Shown: positions 36,188-47,638 of the stretch, piece by piece
Numbering within the stretch: position 1 is the stretch's first letter
Layout: the number at the start of each line of letters is the position of its first letter
Assembly: GCA_964652755.1 (NCBI GenBank)
Contig: CAZZBP010000004.1
Span: 1-54,670 of the forward strand
Direction: 5' to 3'
From: an uncultured Dehalococcoidia bacterium
Lineage (GTDB): Bacteria; Chloroflexota; Dehalococcoidia; Lucifugimonadales; UBA826
DNA: 54,670 nucleotides
Program-made: the position numbers and the translations under genes
The notes under the pieces: model-generated
What the model was told of the DNA's origin: nothing
Seen by the model: only the letters and a program-made list of their open reading frames with translations
Databases searched by the model: none

Positions 36188-36282
36188 GAAAAGAAACTAT
36201 CCCTAAAACATAGACCGCCCAACCCATGTTAACTAGGTGGAGCGGTCTATTGTTTGTCTTTTAAAAATCTCAGAGCCCAACC

Positions 36283-38625
36283 TCAGTTAGAATTCTGGAT
36301 AAGCCTCCATACTTTCTCAGCTTTAGCAGGCATATCTATGTGCCTCACGCCATACGGAGAAAGGGCATCGACGACTGCGTTTATGACCGCGGGAGAACCG
36401 GCTATAGTGGCAGTCTCGCCCGCCCCTTTGACACCCAGTGGGTTGACCTGAGTTGGGGTGACAGTTCTATCAAGTTCATACATTGGCATATCCCAAGCCC
36501 TCGGTACAGCATAATCAAGCATACTTCCAGTCAGTAGCTGTCCAGAATCGTCATAAATAGCCTCTTCCTGCAATGCCTGACCAATCCCTTGAGCGGCTCC
36601 GCCATGAACCATCCCATCAACTATCATAGGATTTATTACATTCCCAACGTCATCTACCGCTATATATCTAAGTAAAGTAACCTCTCCAGTCGACTCATCT
36701 ATTTCGACAACGGCTATGTGTGTGCCACCTGGCCAAGTGAAGTTTTTAGGGTCAAAGAAACTCATTGCTTCCATCCCCGGTTCCATATCTTCCGGTATAT
36801 CCTCAGTGTAATAGTAAGATGACAATGCTATTTCTTGGATTGTTTTTCCTTCTGACGGAGCTCCTTGAACAAAAAGCCTCCCATCTTCAAACACAATATC
36901 TTCTTCAGATGCTTCCAAGATATGGGCTGCTAATTTTCTCGCCTTGTCTTTAATTTTCTGAGTACTTAAGTGTATAGCGGACCCACCGACCGCTGCACTA
37001 CGGCTTCCAAAGCTACCAGTTCCCATTTGTATCTGCGAAGTATCACCGTGAATTACATCAATGTCTTCTACAGGAATCCCTAATTCAGATGAAACAATTT
37101 GAGCAAATGCTGTCTCATGTCCCTGGCCATGTGCTGATGACCCAGTAAAAACTGAAACTTTTCCGGTCATATGAATTCTGACGTTGGCACTCTCCCAAAG
37201 TCCTGCTCTGGCCCCCAGTGTTCCGGCGACTGCTGAAGGCGCAGCCCCACATATCTCTACATAAGAAGAAAGACCAATCCCAAGAAGTTTGCCATTATCT
37301 CTGGCCTGTTTCTGCTCTTCTCTAAAATCGTCATAAGCTACCATTTCGAGTGCTTTTTCAAATGAGGCAATGTAGTTACCACTATCATAAGAAACTGTCG
37401 TGGCAACTTCATATCCATCATCAAAAGGGGGTATAAAGTTCTTCTTCCGCACCTCGGCCGGATCCATGCCGATCTCGGCAGCAAAAAGATCTACCGCACG
37501 TTCTACGGCATAAGTAGCCTCTGGTCGACCTGCTCCCCTGTAAGCATCCACCGGAGTGGTGTTCGTGAAAGGCGCAACCACCTTGCAATATATATTAGGA
37601 ATCTTGTAGGGACCAGAAAGCATTAACCCATAAAGCCAGGTGGGAATAAGCGGAGCGAAGGTGGAAAGGTATGCTCCCATATTGGCCATGGTTCGTACAT
37701 CAAGGCCCGTTATCAAACCGTCTCTGTTCCCAGAGATTTCGATATCTGTTATGTGATCCCGTCCGTGAGTTGTAGCTATATAACCTTCAGAACGAGACTC
37801 AATCCATTTAACCGGTCTTTTAAGGCGTTTGGCGATAATCGGTACTATTACCTCCTCTGCGTAAAGATATAGCTTGCTCCCAAAAGCCCCCCCTACATCA
37901 GGTGCGATGACTCTTATGAGGTGCTCGGGGTGACCGGTAACAAGAGATAAGAGAACTCTTACAAGGTGTGGGATTTGAGTGGAAGTCCACATAGTTATTT
38001 GATCGGTACCAGAGGCATAGTCGACCACTACGCCTCTGTTTTCCATAGCGGTAGGGATAAGTCTTTGGTTAACAAATCTTTGGGATACAGAAACATCTGA
38101 GGAGCTTTTAGCCTCTTCCACACTTCCTGCGTCCACTTCCCATTCAAAAGCTATGTTGTTTGGCGCATCAGTATGGAGCTGCATCGCCTCATCTTTCACA
38201 GCCTCTTCCATATCGACAACAGAATCTAGTTCCTCATATTCGATTTCGATGAGTGAGGCAGCATCGGAGGCAATGGCAAGGGATTGCCCAATAACCGCTA
38301 AAACCGCATCTCCGACGTACCTAACTGTATCGACCGCCAGCGGAGGATGGGGAACCTCTTTAGTATCTGGGACGACCCATCCACAAGGAAGGGAGCCTAA
38401 TTCTTCTTCAAGGTCTTTACCTGAGAATAAAGTTACCACTCCAGGCAATTTTTCAGCAGCAGAGGTATCTATCGATTTAATCTTCGCATGTGCGAATGGA
38501 CTCCTGACAAGAACCATATGCAACATACCTATCAGGCTTATATCTTCCACATACTTCCCCTGTCCCGTGATAAGCCTAGGGTCTTCTTTCCTCTTAATAC
38601 TGGAACCAAACGCTGTTGTAGTCAT
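36283..38625 (-). CDS. Molybdopterin-binding large subunit of the xanthine dehydrogenase/aerobic CO dehydrogenase family (form II CoxL-like)
   Basis: 780 aa. N-terminal 'R.ED.RL.TG.G.Y..D'. The active-site loop reads 'VDAYRGAGRPE', the AYRGAGR (form II) signature rather than the form I AYxCSFR. Confidence 0.8.
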   Translation of the reverse strand: MTTTAFGSSIKRKEDPRLITGQGKYVEDISLIGMLHMVLVRSPFAHAKIKSIDTSAAEKLPGVVTLFSGKDLEEELGSLPCGWVVPDTKEVPHPPLAVDTVRYVGDAVLAVIGQSLAIASDAASLIEIEYEELDSVVDMEEAVKDEAMQLHTDAPNNIAFEWEVDAGSVEEAKSSSDVSVSQRFVNQRLIPTAMENRGVVVDYASGTDQITMWTSTQIPHLVRVLLSLVTGHPEHLIRVIAPDVGGAFGSKLYLYAEEVIVPIIAKRLKRPVKWIESRSEGYIATTHGRDHITDIEISGNRDGLITGLDVRTMANMGAYLSTFAPLIPTWLYGLMLSGPYKIPNIYCKVVAPFTNTTPVDAYRGAGRPEATYAVERAVDLFAAEIGMDPAEVRKKNFIPPFDDGYEVATTVSYDSGNYIASFEKALEMVAYDDFREEQKQARDNGKLLGIGLSSYVEICGAAPSAVAGTLGARAGLWESANVRIHMTGKVSVFTGSSAHGQGHETAFAQIVSSELGIPVEDIDVIHGDTSQIQMGTGSFGSRSAAVGGSAIHLSTQKIKDKARKLAAHILEASEEDIVFEDGRLFVQGAPSEGKTIQEIALSSYYYTEDIPEDMEPGMEAMSFFDPKNFTWPGGTHIAVVEIDESTGEVTLLRYIAVDDVGNVINPMIVDGMVHGGAAQGIGQALQEEAIYDDSGQLLTGSMLDYAVPRAWDMPMYELDRTVTPTQVNPLGVKGAGETATIAGSPAVINAVVDALSPYGVRHIDMPAKAEKVWRLIQNSN

Positions 38626-39226
38626 CGCTATTCACCTCTACATTTCGAAGAATCTATCCGTTAAATTCACTCTTACGTATAGGTTGTCCGTTAGAGCCAG
38701 GACGCTAAAGAATAAATTAACCGCTAAAACACGCCATCCTACTGTTCTTAAAAAATTCTAAACAGGTTACACATTCCCGATGTTATTCACCAAGAAACAT
38801 GTCTGACTTTGGCCGTAATGTATATCACTTGTATTGATCAGGCAACCACAATTTCAATGGCGATTATGGTCGCTTGTGATCACGTGTCCAAGAAAGGCAC
38901 TTTAATCAAACCCAACACACGAGATTCTAATGGGTAATTTATGCCTCGACCCCACTATCGATTCTAGTATATAAACAGGCACCGCTAAATCTTTCAACTT
39001 TACGAAGTTTTGAAAATACCCCTGAATGTTGACCCCGCGATATTTACTATAGTACTATTCTATAGTGCCCGAAATATACCCCGCGCGACTTTTCTGTAAT
39101 AAGTTATCTTGCCTTCCTCGGGTAGAGTATTTCTTTTTTTGGCACACGCTATCAAAGCGAATTTCCACCGCAACAAAAACCCCATAGACCCCTTATTGCC
39201 ATTTCCTGCAAGGAGTGTGAGAACTT

Positions 39227-42200
39227 ATGACTTCTTCTGTTTCAAAGAAACTTGACACTATTTTCCCAACTACTCGGTCTTTTTCCAAAATCAAAACAAT
39301 TCTTGATGTCCCAGACCTGATAGATGTCCAAAAAGACTCCTTTGATTGGTTCAAGAGTAAAGGTTTGAGTGATCTTTTCGAAGAAATATCTCCAATAGAA
39401 GATAGCCAAGGACAGAATTCTAGATTTGCTCTGAAGTTTGTGGGGCACGACTTTGAAGATCCCAAATTCAGCGAGGATCATTGTCGCTTACAAGAAAAAA
39501 CTTTTGACGCTTCATTGTATGTAACAGTCGAACTTCAGATAAACGCCACAGGCCCTGGTCAAGGTGAAGTCAAAGAGCAAAGACTGTATGTAGGGAATAT
39601 TCCGATGATGACTTCAACCGGTACGTTCATCATTAACGGAGCTGAAAGAGTTGTAGTAAGTCAACTGGTACGGTCGCCTGGGGTCTATTTTACGGAAGAT
39701 AGAGACCCAGGGTCTGGAAGGCCCCTAGCCTCCGCAAAGCTGATCCCTTACCGCGGAGCATGGATGGAGTTTGAAACGAGCAACAGAGACGTTCTATATG
39801 TGAAAGTTGACAGGAAAAGAAAGACTCCTGTCACTACTTTGCTACGCGCTTTAGGGTATGAGACCGATCAAGAGATTCTTGAATTATTCGAAGATGTCGA
39901 CATTAACTCAGATCATCAATTTATAAAAACTACAATAGAAAAAGACTCCGGAGTTAGAGATTCTGAAGAGGCTCTCATAGAGTTTTATAGAAGATTGAGA
40001 CCTGGCGAACCACCAAATGCTGAAAATGCCACAACTCTTATAAACACTCTGTTTTTCGATTCACGAAGATACGATTTGGGCAAAGTAGGCCGTTACAAAT
40101 TGGATAGCAATCTTAAAGGCCCTGAAAACGCGAATCGTGACGGAAATGGTGATGTCCGAATACTGGCAAAAGAAGACATCATTAATCTTCTCAGACGACT
40201 CATAGAAATCAACAATGAACAGCGCAGAGCAAATGACATAGATCACCTAGGTAATAGGCGAGTAAGAGCGGTAGGGGAACTCATCCAAAATCAGGTCCGT
40301 GTCGGATTATTGAGGATGGAGAGAGTTATTAAAGAAAGGATGACCATACAACCAGATCCAGCTAGTACTACGCCCGCAGCTTTGATCAATGTAAGACCTG
40401 TCGTTGCAGCAGTACGAGAGTTTTTTGGAGGTTCTCAACTTTCTCAATTCATGGACCAAGCGACCCCGCTGGCTGAATTGACCCATAAGAGAAGATTATC
40501 CGCTCTTGGCCCTGGGGGCCTTTCAAGAGAACGAGCAGGATTTGACGTAAGAGACGTTCATCATTCCCACTACGGTAGAATTTGTCCTATCGAGACCCCT
40601 GAAGGACCCAACATCGGTCTCCTCGTGTCCCTCGCAACATATGCAAAAACAAACGCGTTCGGATTTATAGAGACTCCTTACAGAAAAATTCTAACTGAGA
40701 TAACAAACGAAAATTCAGACGAACTTATCGGACATACTCCTATCGAAAATGTGCTGTCTGATGAGGGCAAGACTATAGTCAGAGCTGGCACTCGAATCAC
40801 TGTTAGAACTTCCGGGAGAATAGCCTCCCAAATGAAAAAAACCATCAAGGTAAGATCTTTCGTGTCCAAATCGATTGACGACGTTACGCATTTGTCTGCC
40901 GATGACGAAGAGAACTATTTCATTGCCCAGGCTAATTCAGCTATAAATGATGCTGGGGAGTTTCTAGAGGACAGAGTTGAAACCAGGAAGGGAGAAATCG
41001 TCGGAATGGAACCAACTTCGGCAGTCTCCTACATGGACGTTTCACCGCTCCAACTGGTTAGCGTTTCAACGTCTCTTATCCCATTCCTAGAGCACGATGA
41101 CGCAAACAGAGCCCTTATGGGGTCTAATATGCAGCGACAGGCTGTTCCTCTTCTAAAGCCAGAGAGTCCGCTTGTAGGAACGGGGATGGAACAACGTGTG
41201 GCAAGGGATAGCGGTCAGGTAGTTCTTTCTAAAGCATCAGGTGTTATCTCAAGTGTTACGGGCAACAACATCATAGTCGAGGATGAGAACGGAAAACTAC
41301 ATAATCACAATTTAGTAAAGTTCCACCGCAGTAACCAAGGTACGTGTATAAACCAAAGACCCATAGTTGACAGGGGTAATTCTGTGGAGAAAGGTGAGGT
41401 GATAGCTGACGGTTCGTCAACTGACGCCGGTAAACTTGCACTAGGCCAAAACATCCTTTGTGCCTTTATGACATGGGAAGGTTACAACTTTGAAGACGCT
41501 ATCATCCTAAGTAACCGGCTTATTAAGGATGATAAATTCACTTCCATTCACATCGAAAAACATGAAATTGAGGCCCGGGATACCAAACTTGGGCCTGAGG
41601 AAATAACTCGCGATATACCTAATATTGGAGAGGAGAGCCTAAGGAACCTCGATGAAGAGGGAATAATTCGCATAGGTGCGGAAGTGGGCAACAGAGACAT
41701 CCTTGTGGGAAAGATAACCCCGAAAGGAGAGACTGAATTAAGCGCGGAAGAAAAATTACTCAGGGCAATTTTTGGTGAAAAAGCACGTGACGTTAAGGAC
41801 TCCTCCCTATACGTTCCCCACGGACAAGGAGGAAAGATAATAGATGTGAAGGTTCTTGAACGTGAAAAAGGCGATGACCTCTCACCCGGGGTAAACAAAC
41901 TGGTGAGGGTTTGGGTCGCGCAAACTCGGAAAATTACCGAAGGTGACAAAATGGCTGGCCGGCACGGGAACAAAGGTGTCATCGCCAAAATAATGCCGGA
42001 AGAGGATATGCCATTTCTTCCTGACGGAACACCAATAGATATCATACTGAATCCAATCGGCGTTCCGTCTAGAATGAACCTTGGACAGGTATTAGAAACA
42101 CATCTAGGTTGGGCAGCCAATCAGCTTGGGTTTAACGCGGAAACCCCCGTATTTGATGGCGCGGAGGATTCTGAGATTGAGAACGAATTAGCAAAGGTTT

Positions 42201-43105
42201 GGATTATTGAGCAAGCCGAAGCGATCCCCCCAACAGCCGTACTCGATAATGATCTGAATAGTGTCAATATAGACGCGATCAAAAATTATCTGCAAGAAAG
42301 AGGTTTTGACTTCGATGATGTCTTTGTCAACAACACGCCTGATGCTGCCCGTACTGCCTGCCTAAAGATATGGCTAGAAGAGGTCGCTATGCGTAACGCA
42401 GATAATATGTCCGTGGATCAAATGATGGAGGAAGCTCTCGCGTTGAACAGAGACTTCCAGTTGGCAGCTCCAGTATTGGGAAAATTTACATTATATGACG
42501 GTAGAACGGGAGAAAAATTTGATCAAGCGATCACTGTTGGATACATCTACATGTTGAAGCTTATTCACCTGGTCGAAGATAAGATTCATGCTAGAGCAAC
42601 AGGTCCATATTCTCTCATCACACAACAACCTTTAGGTGGAAAAGCGCAGATGGGCGGACAAAGGTTTGGAGAAATGGAGGTGTGGGCTTTAGAAGCCTAC
42701 AGTGCGGCGCATAATCTTCGAGAGATGCTAACTATTAAGTCCGACGATGAAATTGGTAGAGTGAAGACATACGAAGCCATTGTTAAAGGGGAAGATGTCG
42801 CCCAACCGGGAATTCCTCAATCTTTTCACGTACTCATGAAAGAATTGCAAAGCCTCGGACTCGCTATTGAATTAGAGAATGATGAGATAGAGGAACTAAC
42901 TCTAGCCAACGCTGGTGATATCTTTGGCGGATCCGCGGATATTTCCGATCCATTAGCTTTGCTGGAGGGATCTCCTCTCTCAGAAGTCGCTGGACAAGAT
43001 AACACCGAAGAAACTACCCCCCTAAATACCGATGCGATAGAAGAGCCATCGCAGGAGTCGGAGGAGATAGAAGACGACCAACCCGTCACAGGTGGAGACA
43101 GTTAA
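39227..43105 (+). CDS. rpoB: DNA-directed RNA polymerase subunit beta
   Basis: 1292 aa. Has 'GNRRVR', '[10 protein letters not shown]', '[17 protein letters not shown]', 'NMQRQAVPL', 'GRHGNKGV' and '[16 protein letters not shown]'. SD 'AAGGAG' lies 9 nt upstream of the ATG. Confidence 0.97.
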   Translation: MTSSVSKKLDTIFPTTRSFSKIKTILDVPDLIDVQKDSFDWFKSKGLSDLFEEISPIEDSQGQNSRFALKFVGHDFEDPKFSEDHCRLQEKTFDASLYVTVELQINATGPGQGEVKEQRLYVGNIPMMTSTGTFIINGAERVVVSQLVRSPGVYFTEDRDPGSGRPLASAKLIPYRGAWMEFETSNRDVLYVKVDRKRKTPVTTLLRALGYETDQEILELFEDVDINSDHQFIKTTIEKDSGVRDSEEALIEFYRRLRPGEPPNAENATTLINTLFFDSRRYDLGKVGRYKLDSNLKGPENANRDGNGDVRILAKEDIINLLRRLIEINNEQRRANDIDHLGNRRVRAVGELIQNQVRVGLLRMERVIKERMTIQPDPASTTPAALINVRPVVAAVREFFGGSQLSQFMDQATPLAELTHKRRLSALGPGGLSRERAGFDVRDVHHSHYGRICPIETPEGPNIGLLVSLATYAKTNAFGFIETPYRKILTEITNENSDELIGHTPIENVLSDEGKTIVRAGTRITVRTSGRIASQMKKTIKVRSFVSKSIDDVTHLSADDEENYFIAQANSAINDAGEFLEDRVETRKGEIVGMEPTSAVSYMDVSPLQLVSVSTSLIPFLEHDDANRALMGSNMQRQAVPLLKPESPLVGTGMEQRVARDSGQVVLSKASGVISSVTGNNIIVEDENGKLHNHNLVKFHRSNQGTCINQRPIVDRGNSVEKGEVIADGSSTDAGKLALGQNILCAFMTWEGYNFEDAIILSNRLIKDDKFTSIHIEKHEIEARDTKLGPEEITRDIPNIGEESLRNLDEEGIIRIGAEVGNRDILVGKITPKGETELSAEEKLLRAIFGEKARDVKDSSLYVPHGQGGKIIDVKVLEREKGDDLSPGVNKLVRVWVAQTRKITEGDKMAGRHGNKGVIAKIMPEEDMPFLPDGTPIDIILNPIGVPSRMNLGQVLETHLGWAANQLGFNAETPVFDGAEDSEIENELAKVWIIEQAEAIPPTAVLDNDLNSVNIDAIKNYLQERGFDFDDVFVNNTPDAARTACLKIWLEEVAMRNADNMSVDQMMEEALALNRDFQLAAPVLGKFTLYDGRTGEKFDQAITVGYIYMLKLIHLVEDKIHARATGPYSLITQQPLGGKAQMGGQRFGEMEVWALEAYSAAHNLREMLTIKSDDEIGRVKTYEAIVKGEDVAQPGIPQSFHVLMKELQSLGLAIELENDEIEELTLANAGDIFGGSADISDPLALLEGSPLSEVAGQDNTEETTPLNTDAIEEPSQESEEIEDDQPVTGGDS

Positions 43106-43154
43106 TAACTAAAGACAACTAGGGCTCTATAGAAGTGTTTTACGGAGTGAAAAT

Positions 43155-46100
43155 ATGGCGCAGGCCGGAAATGACTTTGATGCGATAAAAATATCTCTTG
43201 CTTCACCTGATTCCATAGCCAAGTGGTCATGGGGAGAAGTCACAAAACCAGAGACGATTAATTACCGAACCCTCAGGCCTGAAAAGGATGGCCTGTTCTG
43301 TGAAAGGATCTTTGGACCAACCAAGGACTGGGAATGCTATTGCGGTAAATATAAGAAGATTAGGTTTAGGGGAGTTACATGTGACCGATGCGGTGTTGAG
43401 GTTGCGAGGTCAAAGGTTAGGCGAGAAAGGATGGGACACATCGATCTCGCGGCACCAGTAGCACATATCTGGTTCTCGAAAGGTACTCCAAGCCGACTCG
43501 GGCTTCTACTCGATCTTTCGCCGAGAAACCTTGATCGGGTTCTTTATTTCGCCCAGTATCTTATTACTAGTGTTGACGAAGAGATAAAATCCCAAATATT
43601 GGGCAATTATGAATCTGATCTTGAGACTATCAATGCGGAGAAGTCCGCCAAGATCGAGTCAGAGAAGCAAAGAATCCTCGAGGAAATACGTTTGGAAGTC
43701 GAGCCACTTGAGGCTTTACTTTTAGAATCTTCGGACGAAGCCGAAGATATAGAAATTACGGAAACACAGTCAGATGCTCAGTCAAAATTAAATGAGATCA
43801 ACGATCAGAGTGCAGGGAGATTATCTGAATCTGAAGCGCCGATTCATGAAGAATATGACCCGCAAATTACTCGAATAGAGGAACTCATCTCAGAACTTGA
43901 AGACCTCCATGTAACAAAACTTCTTACAGAGACACAGTATAGGGACCATCGGGACAATTTTCCTGGCGTGTTCCAGGCGGGCATGGGAGCAGAATCAGTC
44001 CTAAATGTACTACAGAACCAAATAGACCTTGATGATTTGAAGAACCATCTCCAAGATGAGATGCACTCTACTTCCGGCCAGAGAAGAAAGAAGGCCATAA
44101 AGAGGCTCAGGGTAGTTGAGTCTTTCAGAAAAAGTAATAACAAGCCCGAGTGGATGGTCTTGACTAATTTACCTGTTCTTCCACCTGACTTACGTCCGAT
44201 GGTTCAACTAGACGGTGGTAGATTCGCAACCAGTGACTTGAATGATCTTTATAGAAGAGTGATCAATAGAAATAACAGGTTAAAGAGACTTATAGAGCTT
44301 CAAGCTCCTGAAATTATAGTTAGAAATGAAAAAAGGATGCTCCAAGAATCGGTAGACGCGCTAATTGACAATGGTAGGCGAGGACGTGCAGTCGCCGGTA
44401 GCCATAATCATAAATTGAAGTCTCTCTCGGACCTGCTGAGAGGAAAACAAGGCAGGTTTAGGCAAAACTTGCTCGGAAAGAGGGTAGATTACAGCGGTAG
44501 ATCAGTGATTATTGCTGGACCAGAACTGAAACTGCACCAATGCGGTTTACCGCGCAGAATGGCACTGGAACTATTCAAGCCGTTTGTGATGCACAGGTTA
44601 GTATTAAAGGGTTATGCTCACAATATTAGAAGTGCTAAAAGACTCGCAGAGCGAAACAGGTCTGAGGTTTGGGATATACTCGGCGATGTTGTTAAAGAGA
44701 GACCCGTCCTTTTAAACAGGGCGCCAACATTACACAGACTAGGCATCCAAGCGTTTGAGCCGGTATTGATTGAGGGAAGTGCTATTAGAGTTCATCCCTT
44801 AGTATGCACCGCCTTCAACGCAGACTTCGACGGGGACCAAATGGCTGTACATGTACCACTCTCAAGGGTGGCAGTCCTTGAAGCACGTCGGTTGATGCTT
44901 AGTACGTTTAACATGTTAGCGCCCAGTTCGGGTGAGCCTATAGTAACGCCCTCCTTAGACATGGTATTGGGTTGCTATTACATGACGTCAATCGACCCAA
45001 ACGGCCATGGCACAGGCAAGAGTTTCAGCAATTTTGAAGATGCGACCTTAGCATATGAGGTAGGCGCGACTAACTTACGATCTCTAATCAATGTTCGCAA
45101 CGCTGATGCAGAATGGACGGAAACCACAGTCGGAAGAATTTTGTTCAACGACGTATTACCTGAAGAGATTCCTTTTGAAAATAGCGAAGTCGAGAGAAAT
45201 AGACTCAGAGAGTTGACTAGCGAATGTTTCAGGGCACTTGGAAATGAGGGAGCAGCGGTCGTTTTAGACGATATAAAGAATCTTGGATTCAAGAATGCTT
45301 CAAAATCTGGTGTGTCCATTGCGATCAACGACGTTGTAGTTTCATCCCGGAAATCTGAGATTGTGGCTAGAGCTGAAGATGCTGTTACCCAACTAGAGGA
45401 TCAATACCAAGACGGGTTAATTACTGACGAAGAAAAATACACTGCAACTGTGAAGATTTGGACCGATGCAAATGACGAACTTACACAAGTAATTTCTGAT
45501 GATCTCCCAAATTATGGCGGGATATACATGATGGCTAACTCTGGAGCGAAGGGGAATATAGCCCAGATAAAACAAATGGCTGGTATGAGGGGATTAATGT
45601 CAAATCCTCGCGGTAGAATCATCGATCGGCCAATTAAATCTAACTTCCGTGAGGGACTCACTGTATTGGAATATTTTATCTCCACACATGGTGCCAGGAA
45701 AGGGCTCGCGGACACCGCTCTTAGAACAGCCGACAGCGGGTATCTCACAAGGCGTCTTATTGACGTCGCTCAAGAGGTTATCGTTATGGAGGAGGACTGT
45801 AACGTCGAGCAAGGATTGGTAATAACTGACTACCAAGACGAAGCTTTAAGTGATCTTTTCTTTGACAGGATTAAATACCGTTATACCGCTGCGCCAGTGT
45901 CGAATCCAAATACTGGAGAAATCATTGTCGAGCCGAATCATCTTATTAATGAAGATGATATAACCGCTTTGAAAGAGTCTGGTGTCACTTACGCAGAAGT
46001 AAGGTCCCCCCTCACATGCGAGGCAGAGAAGGGGTTGTGCCGCTTATGTTATGGCCTCTCGTTGGCAAATTTACAACCTATCATGATAGGCGATGCTGTA

Positions 46101-47231
46101 GGTATTATCGCGGCTCAAAGTATAGGTGAACCAGGCACCCAACTTACAATGAGAACATTCCATACTGGAGGGGTTGCGGGCTCGGACATAACAAGCGGGC
46201 TTCCGCGTGTAGAGGAATTGTTTGAAGCTCGGTCACCTAAGGGCGCTGCTGTACTTTCGGAAATATCAGGCACAGCAAAAGTAGTCGAGTCAAACGAGGG
46301 AAGGACAGTCCGAATCCTCAATTCAGAAGAGTTAACCGACGAATACACAATTAGTGGCTATACTCCGCTGATTAAAAAGGGAGATACCGTTATTATTGGT
46401 ACCCCTATCGCCACACTCAAAGACGCAGAAGCGGATGACGAGATCATTCATGCTCGTAACTCCGGACTAGCTAATATAAAGAAAGACACCATCACCATCA
46501 CTTGGACAGATGAGGAACAACGAGAATATCCAATTCCCGCGGCATCTCACATCGAAATAAGTGAAGGAGACTTCATAGAAGCTGGGCAAGCTATAACTTC
46601 CGGACCTAAGAATCCTCAACAGATTCTGGAAATACAAGGTCGGGAAGCGGTCCAATCATACCTCATCGAAGAAGTACAAAAAGTTTACAGATCTCAAGGG
46701 GTTCCAATCCACGATAAGCACATAGAAGCAATCATCCGGCAGATGCTTCGGAGAGTTCAAGTACACGAAGCTGGCGATACAGATCTTTTACCGGGTGATC
46801 CTATGGATCGCACAGAATTTGAAGAGAAAAATGCAGAAATCATAGCTGAAGGGGGAGATCCCGCAACCGCAGTCCCAATTTTACTCGGCATTACTAGAGC
46901 GTCCCTACATATGGACAGTTTCCTAGCGGCAGCCTCCTTCCAAGAGACAACCAGAGTGTTGACAGAATCAGCGGTGATGGGCAAACGCGATATGTTGAGT
47001 GGACTAAAAGAAAACGTAATTATAGGCAGGCTGATCCCCGCTCGATATGACAATACGGTTGAAGGTAAGGAAAAGCTTGGATTGAACGAGCTAGAAAAAC
47101 TTTTAGAATTAGACGATATCCCCGATAGCCCTCCACCACCAGAATTCGAAGACAAGGAAGGGAATATTATTCCAGTGACCCAGCTCGAAGCGAATCCCGA
47201 AGAGGAGATGGAGGAAATCCCAGGGAACTAG
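43155..47231 (+). CDS. rpoC: DNA-directed RNA polymerase subunit beta'
   Basis: 1358 aa. Zn motif 'CYCGKYK...CDRCGVEV', '[18 protein letters not shown]', and the catalytic '[12 protein letters not shown]'. Confidence 0.97.
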   Translation: MAQAGNDFDAIKISLASPDSIAKWSWGEVTKPETINYRTLRPEKDGLFCERIFGPTKDWECYCGKYKKIRFRGVTCDRCGVEVARSKVRRERMGHIDLAAPVAHIWFSKGTPSRLGLLLDLSPRNLDRVLYFAQYLITSVDEEIKSQILGNYESDLETINAEKSAKIESEKQRILEEIRLEVEPLEALLLESSDEAEDIEITETQSDAQSKLNEINDQSAGRLSESEAPIHEEYDPQITRIEELISELEDLHVTKLLTETQYRDHRDNFPGVFQAGMGAESVLNVLQNQIDLDDLKNHLQDEMHSTSGQRRKKAIKRLRVVESFRKSNNKPEWMVLTNLPVLPPDLRPMVQLDGGRFATSDLNDLYRRVINRNNRLKRLIELQAPEIIVRNEKRMLQESVDALIDNGRRGRAVAGSHNHKLKSLSDLLRGKQGRFRQNLLGKRVDYSGRSVIIAGPELKLHQCGLPRRMALELFKPFVMHRLVLKGYAHNIRSAKRLAERNRSEVWDILGDVVKERPVLLNRAPTLHRLGIQAFEPVLIEGSAIRVHPLVCTAFNADFDGDQMAVHVPLSRVAVLEARRLMLSTFNMLAPSSGEPIVTPSLDMVLGCYYMTSIDPNGHGTGKSFSNFEDATLAYEVGATNLRSLINVRNADAEWTETTVGRILFNDVLPEEIPFENSEVERNRLRELTSECFRALGNEGAAVVLDDIKNLGFKNASKSGVSIAINDVVVSSRKSEIVARAEDAVTQLEDQYQDGLITDEEKYTATVKIWTDANDELTQVISDDLPNYGGIYMMANSGAKGNIAQIKQMAGMRGLMSNPRGRIIDRPIKSNFREGLTVLEYFISTHGARKGLADTALRTADSGYLTRRLIDVAQEVIVMEEDCNVEQGLVITDYQDEALSDLFFDRIKYRYTAAPVSNPNTGEIIVEPNHLINEDDITALKESGVTYAEVRSPLTCEAEKGLCRLCYGLSLANLQPIMIGDAVGIIAAQSIGEPGTQLTMRTFHTGGVAGSDITSGLPRVEELFEARSPKGAAVLSEISGTAKVVESNEGRTVRILNSEELTDEYTISGYTPLIKKGDTVIIGTPIATLKDAEADDEIIHARNSGLANIKKDTITITWTDEEQREYPIPAASHIEISEGDFIEAGQAITSGPKNPQQILEIQGREAVQSYLIEEVQKVYRSQGVPIHDKHIEAIIRQMLRRVQVHEAGDTDLLPGDPMDRTEFEEKNAEIIAEGGDPATAVPILLGITRASLHMDSFLAAASFQETTRVLTESAVMGKRDMLSGLKENVIIGRLIPARYDNTVEGKEKLGLNELEKLLELDDIPDSPPPPEFEDKEGNIIPVTQLEANPEEEMEEIPGN

Positions 47232-47254
47232 CTTTTAACTAGTACATCGGGTTT

Positions 47255-47288
47255 AAAAAGGCAGTTCATCGCAATGAACTGCCTTTTT
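47255..47288 (+). terminator. Rho-independent terminator after rpoC (A-tract/U-tract flanked, potentially bidirectional)
   Basis: Perfect 10 bp stem GGCAGTTCAT (47260-47269) / ATGAACTGCC (47274-47283) with loop CGCA, followed by TTTTT (47284-47288) and preceded by AAAAA. Confidence 0.8.
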
Positions 47289-47379
47289 AATGTCTGCCAT
47301 TGACAGTAAGGATAAAAGGTGATCTGATACCGTCAGTTCCAGTGGCAATATGCAGATTAACAAGTGACATTAAAGTGAA

Positions 47380-47585
47380 TCAGGTGCCCGAGTAGGGTTT
47401 TAAAGAGGAAGTCGGTCGAAATCCGACGCTGTCCCGCAACGGTAGGTTCGATAGAGAACAGAACAAGTCCGGTCCACCACCTATCACGTACATCTAGACC
47501 TTCGCGGAAAGGTATCGGATGCATCTTTCTACAGATAGCCCGTATCCACCTGCTTAAATCGCAAAAGGGATAGGGGCTTTTTTTA
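47380..47585 (+). promoter_or_regulatory. Cobalamin (B12) riboswitch with terminator expression platform
   Basis: The core 'AAAGAGGAAGTCGGTCGAAATCCGACGCTGTCCCGCAACGGTA' matches the conserved GGGAA..GGTG-AAA-TCC..GC.G.CCCGC.AC.GTA core. The B12-box-like 'AAGTCCGGTCCACCACC' follows. P1-like AGGTG (47382-47386) pairs with CACCT (47478-47482). It lies upstream of a btuFCD-like operon. Confidence 0.75.
47537..47584 (+). terminator. Intrinsic terminator forming the riboswitch expression platform
   Basis: Stem AGCCCGTATCC (47537-47547) / GGATAGGGGCT (47568-47578) has 10 bp with one G-G mismatch and a 20 nt loop. It is followed by a run of T to 47584, 54 nt before the transporter start codon. Confidence 0.55.
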
Positions 47586-47638
47586 TTCCCTTTCAATTAT
47601 CGTCGTAAAAATGCCTTAAATTACAACAGGAGACAGGT

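Noticed and set aside
43575-44150. Possible lineage-specific insertion in the beta' subunit (acidic coiled-coil region between 'YFAQYLI' and 'NKPEWMVL')
   Set aside because: The spacing between these landmarks (about 190 aa) is essentially the same as in E. coli beta'. It is the normal non-conserved region, not an insertion.
36254-47155. Numerous 60-200 aa ORFs antisense to coxL, rpoB and rpoC (for example 38153-38761+, 41548-42120-, 43844-44143-, 46757-47155-)
   Set aside because: They lie entirely within strongly supported genes on the opposite strand, are Ser/Pro/Ala-rich with low complexity, and carry no motifs.
47357-47596. 79 aa minus-strand ORF between rpoC and the transporter operon
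   Set aside because: It coincides with the cobalamin riboswitch and its terminator on the plus strand. It has no SD and its composition reflects the structured RNA.
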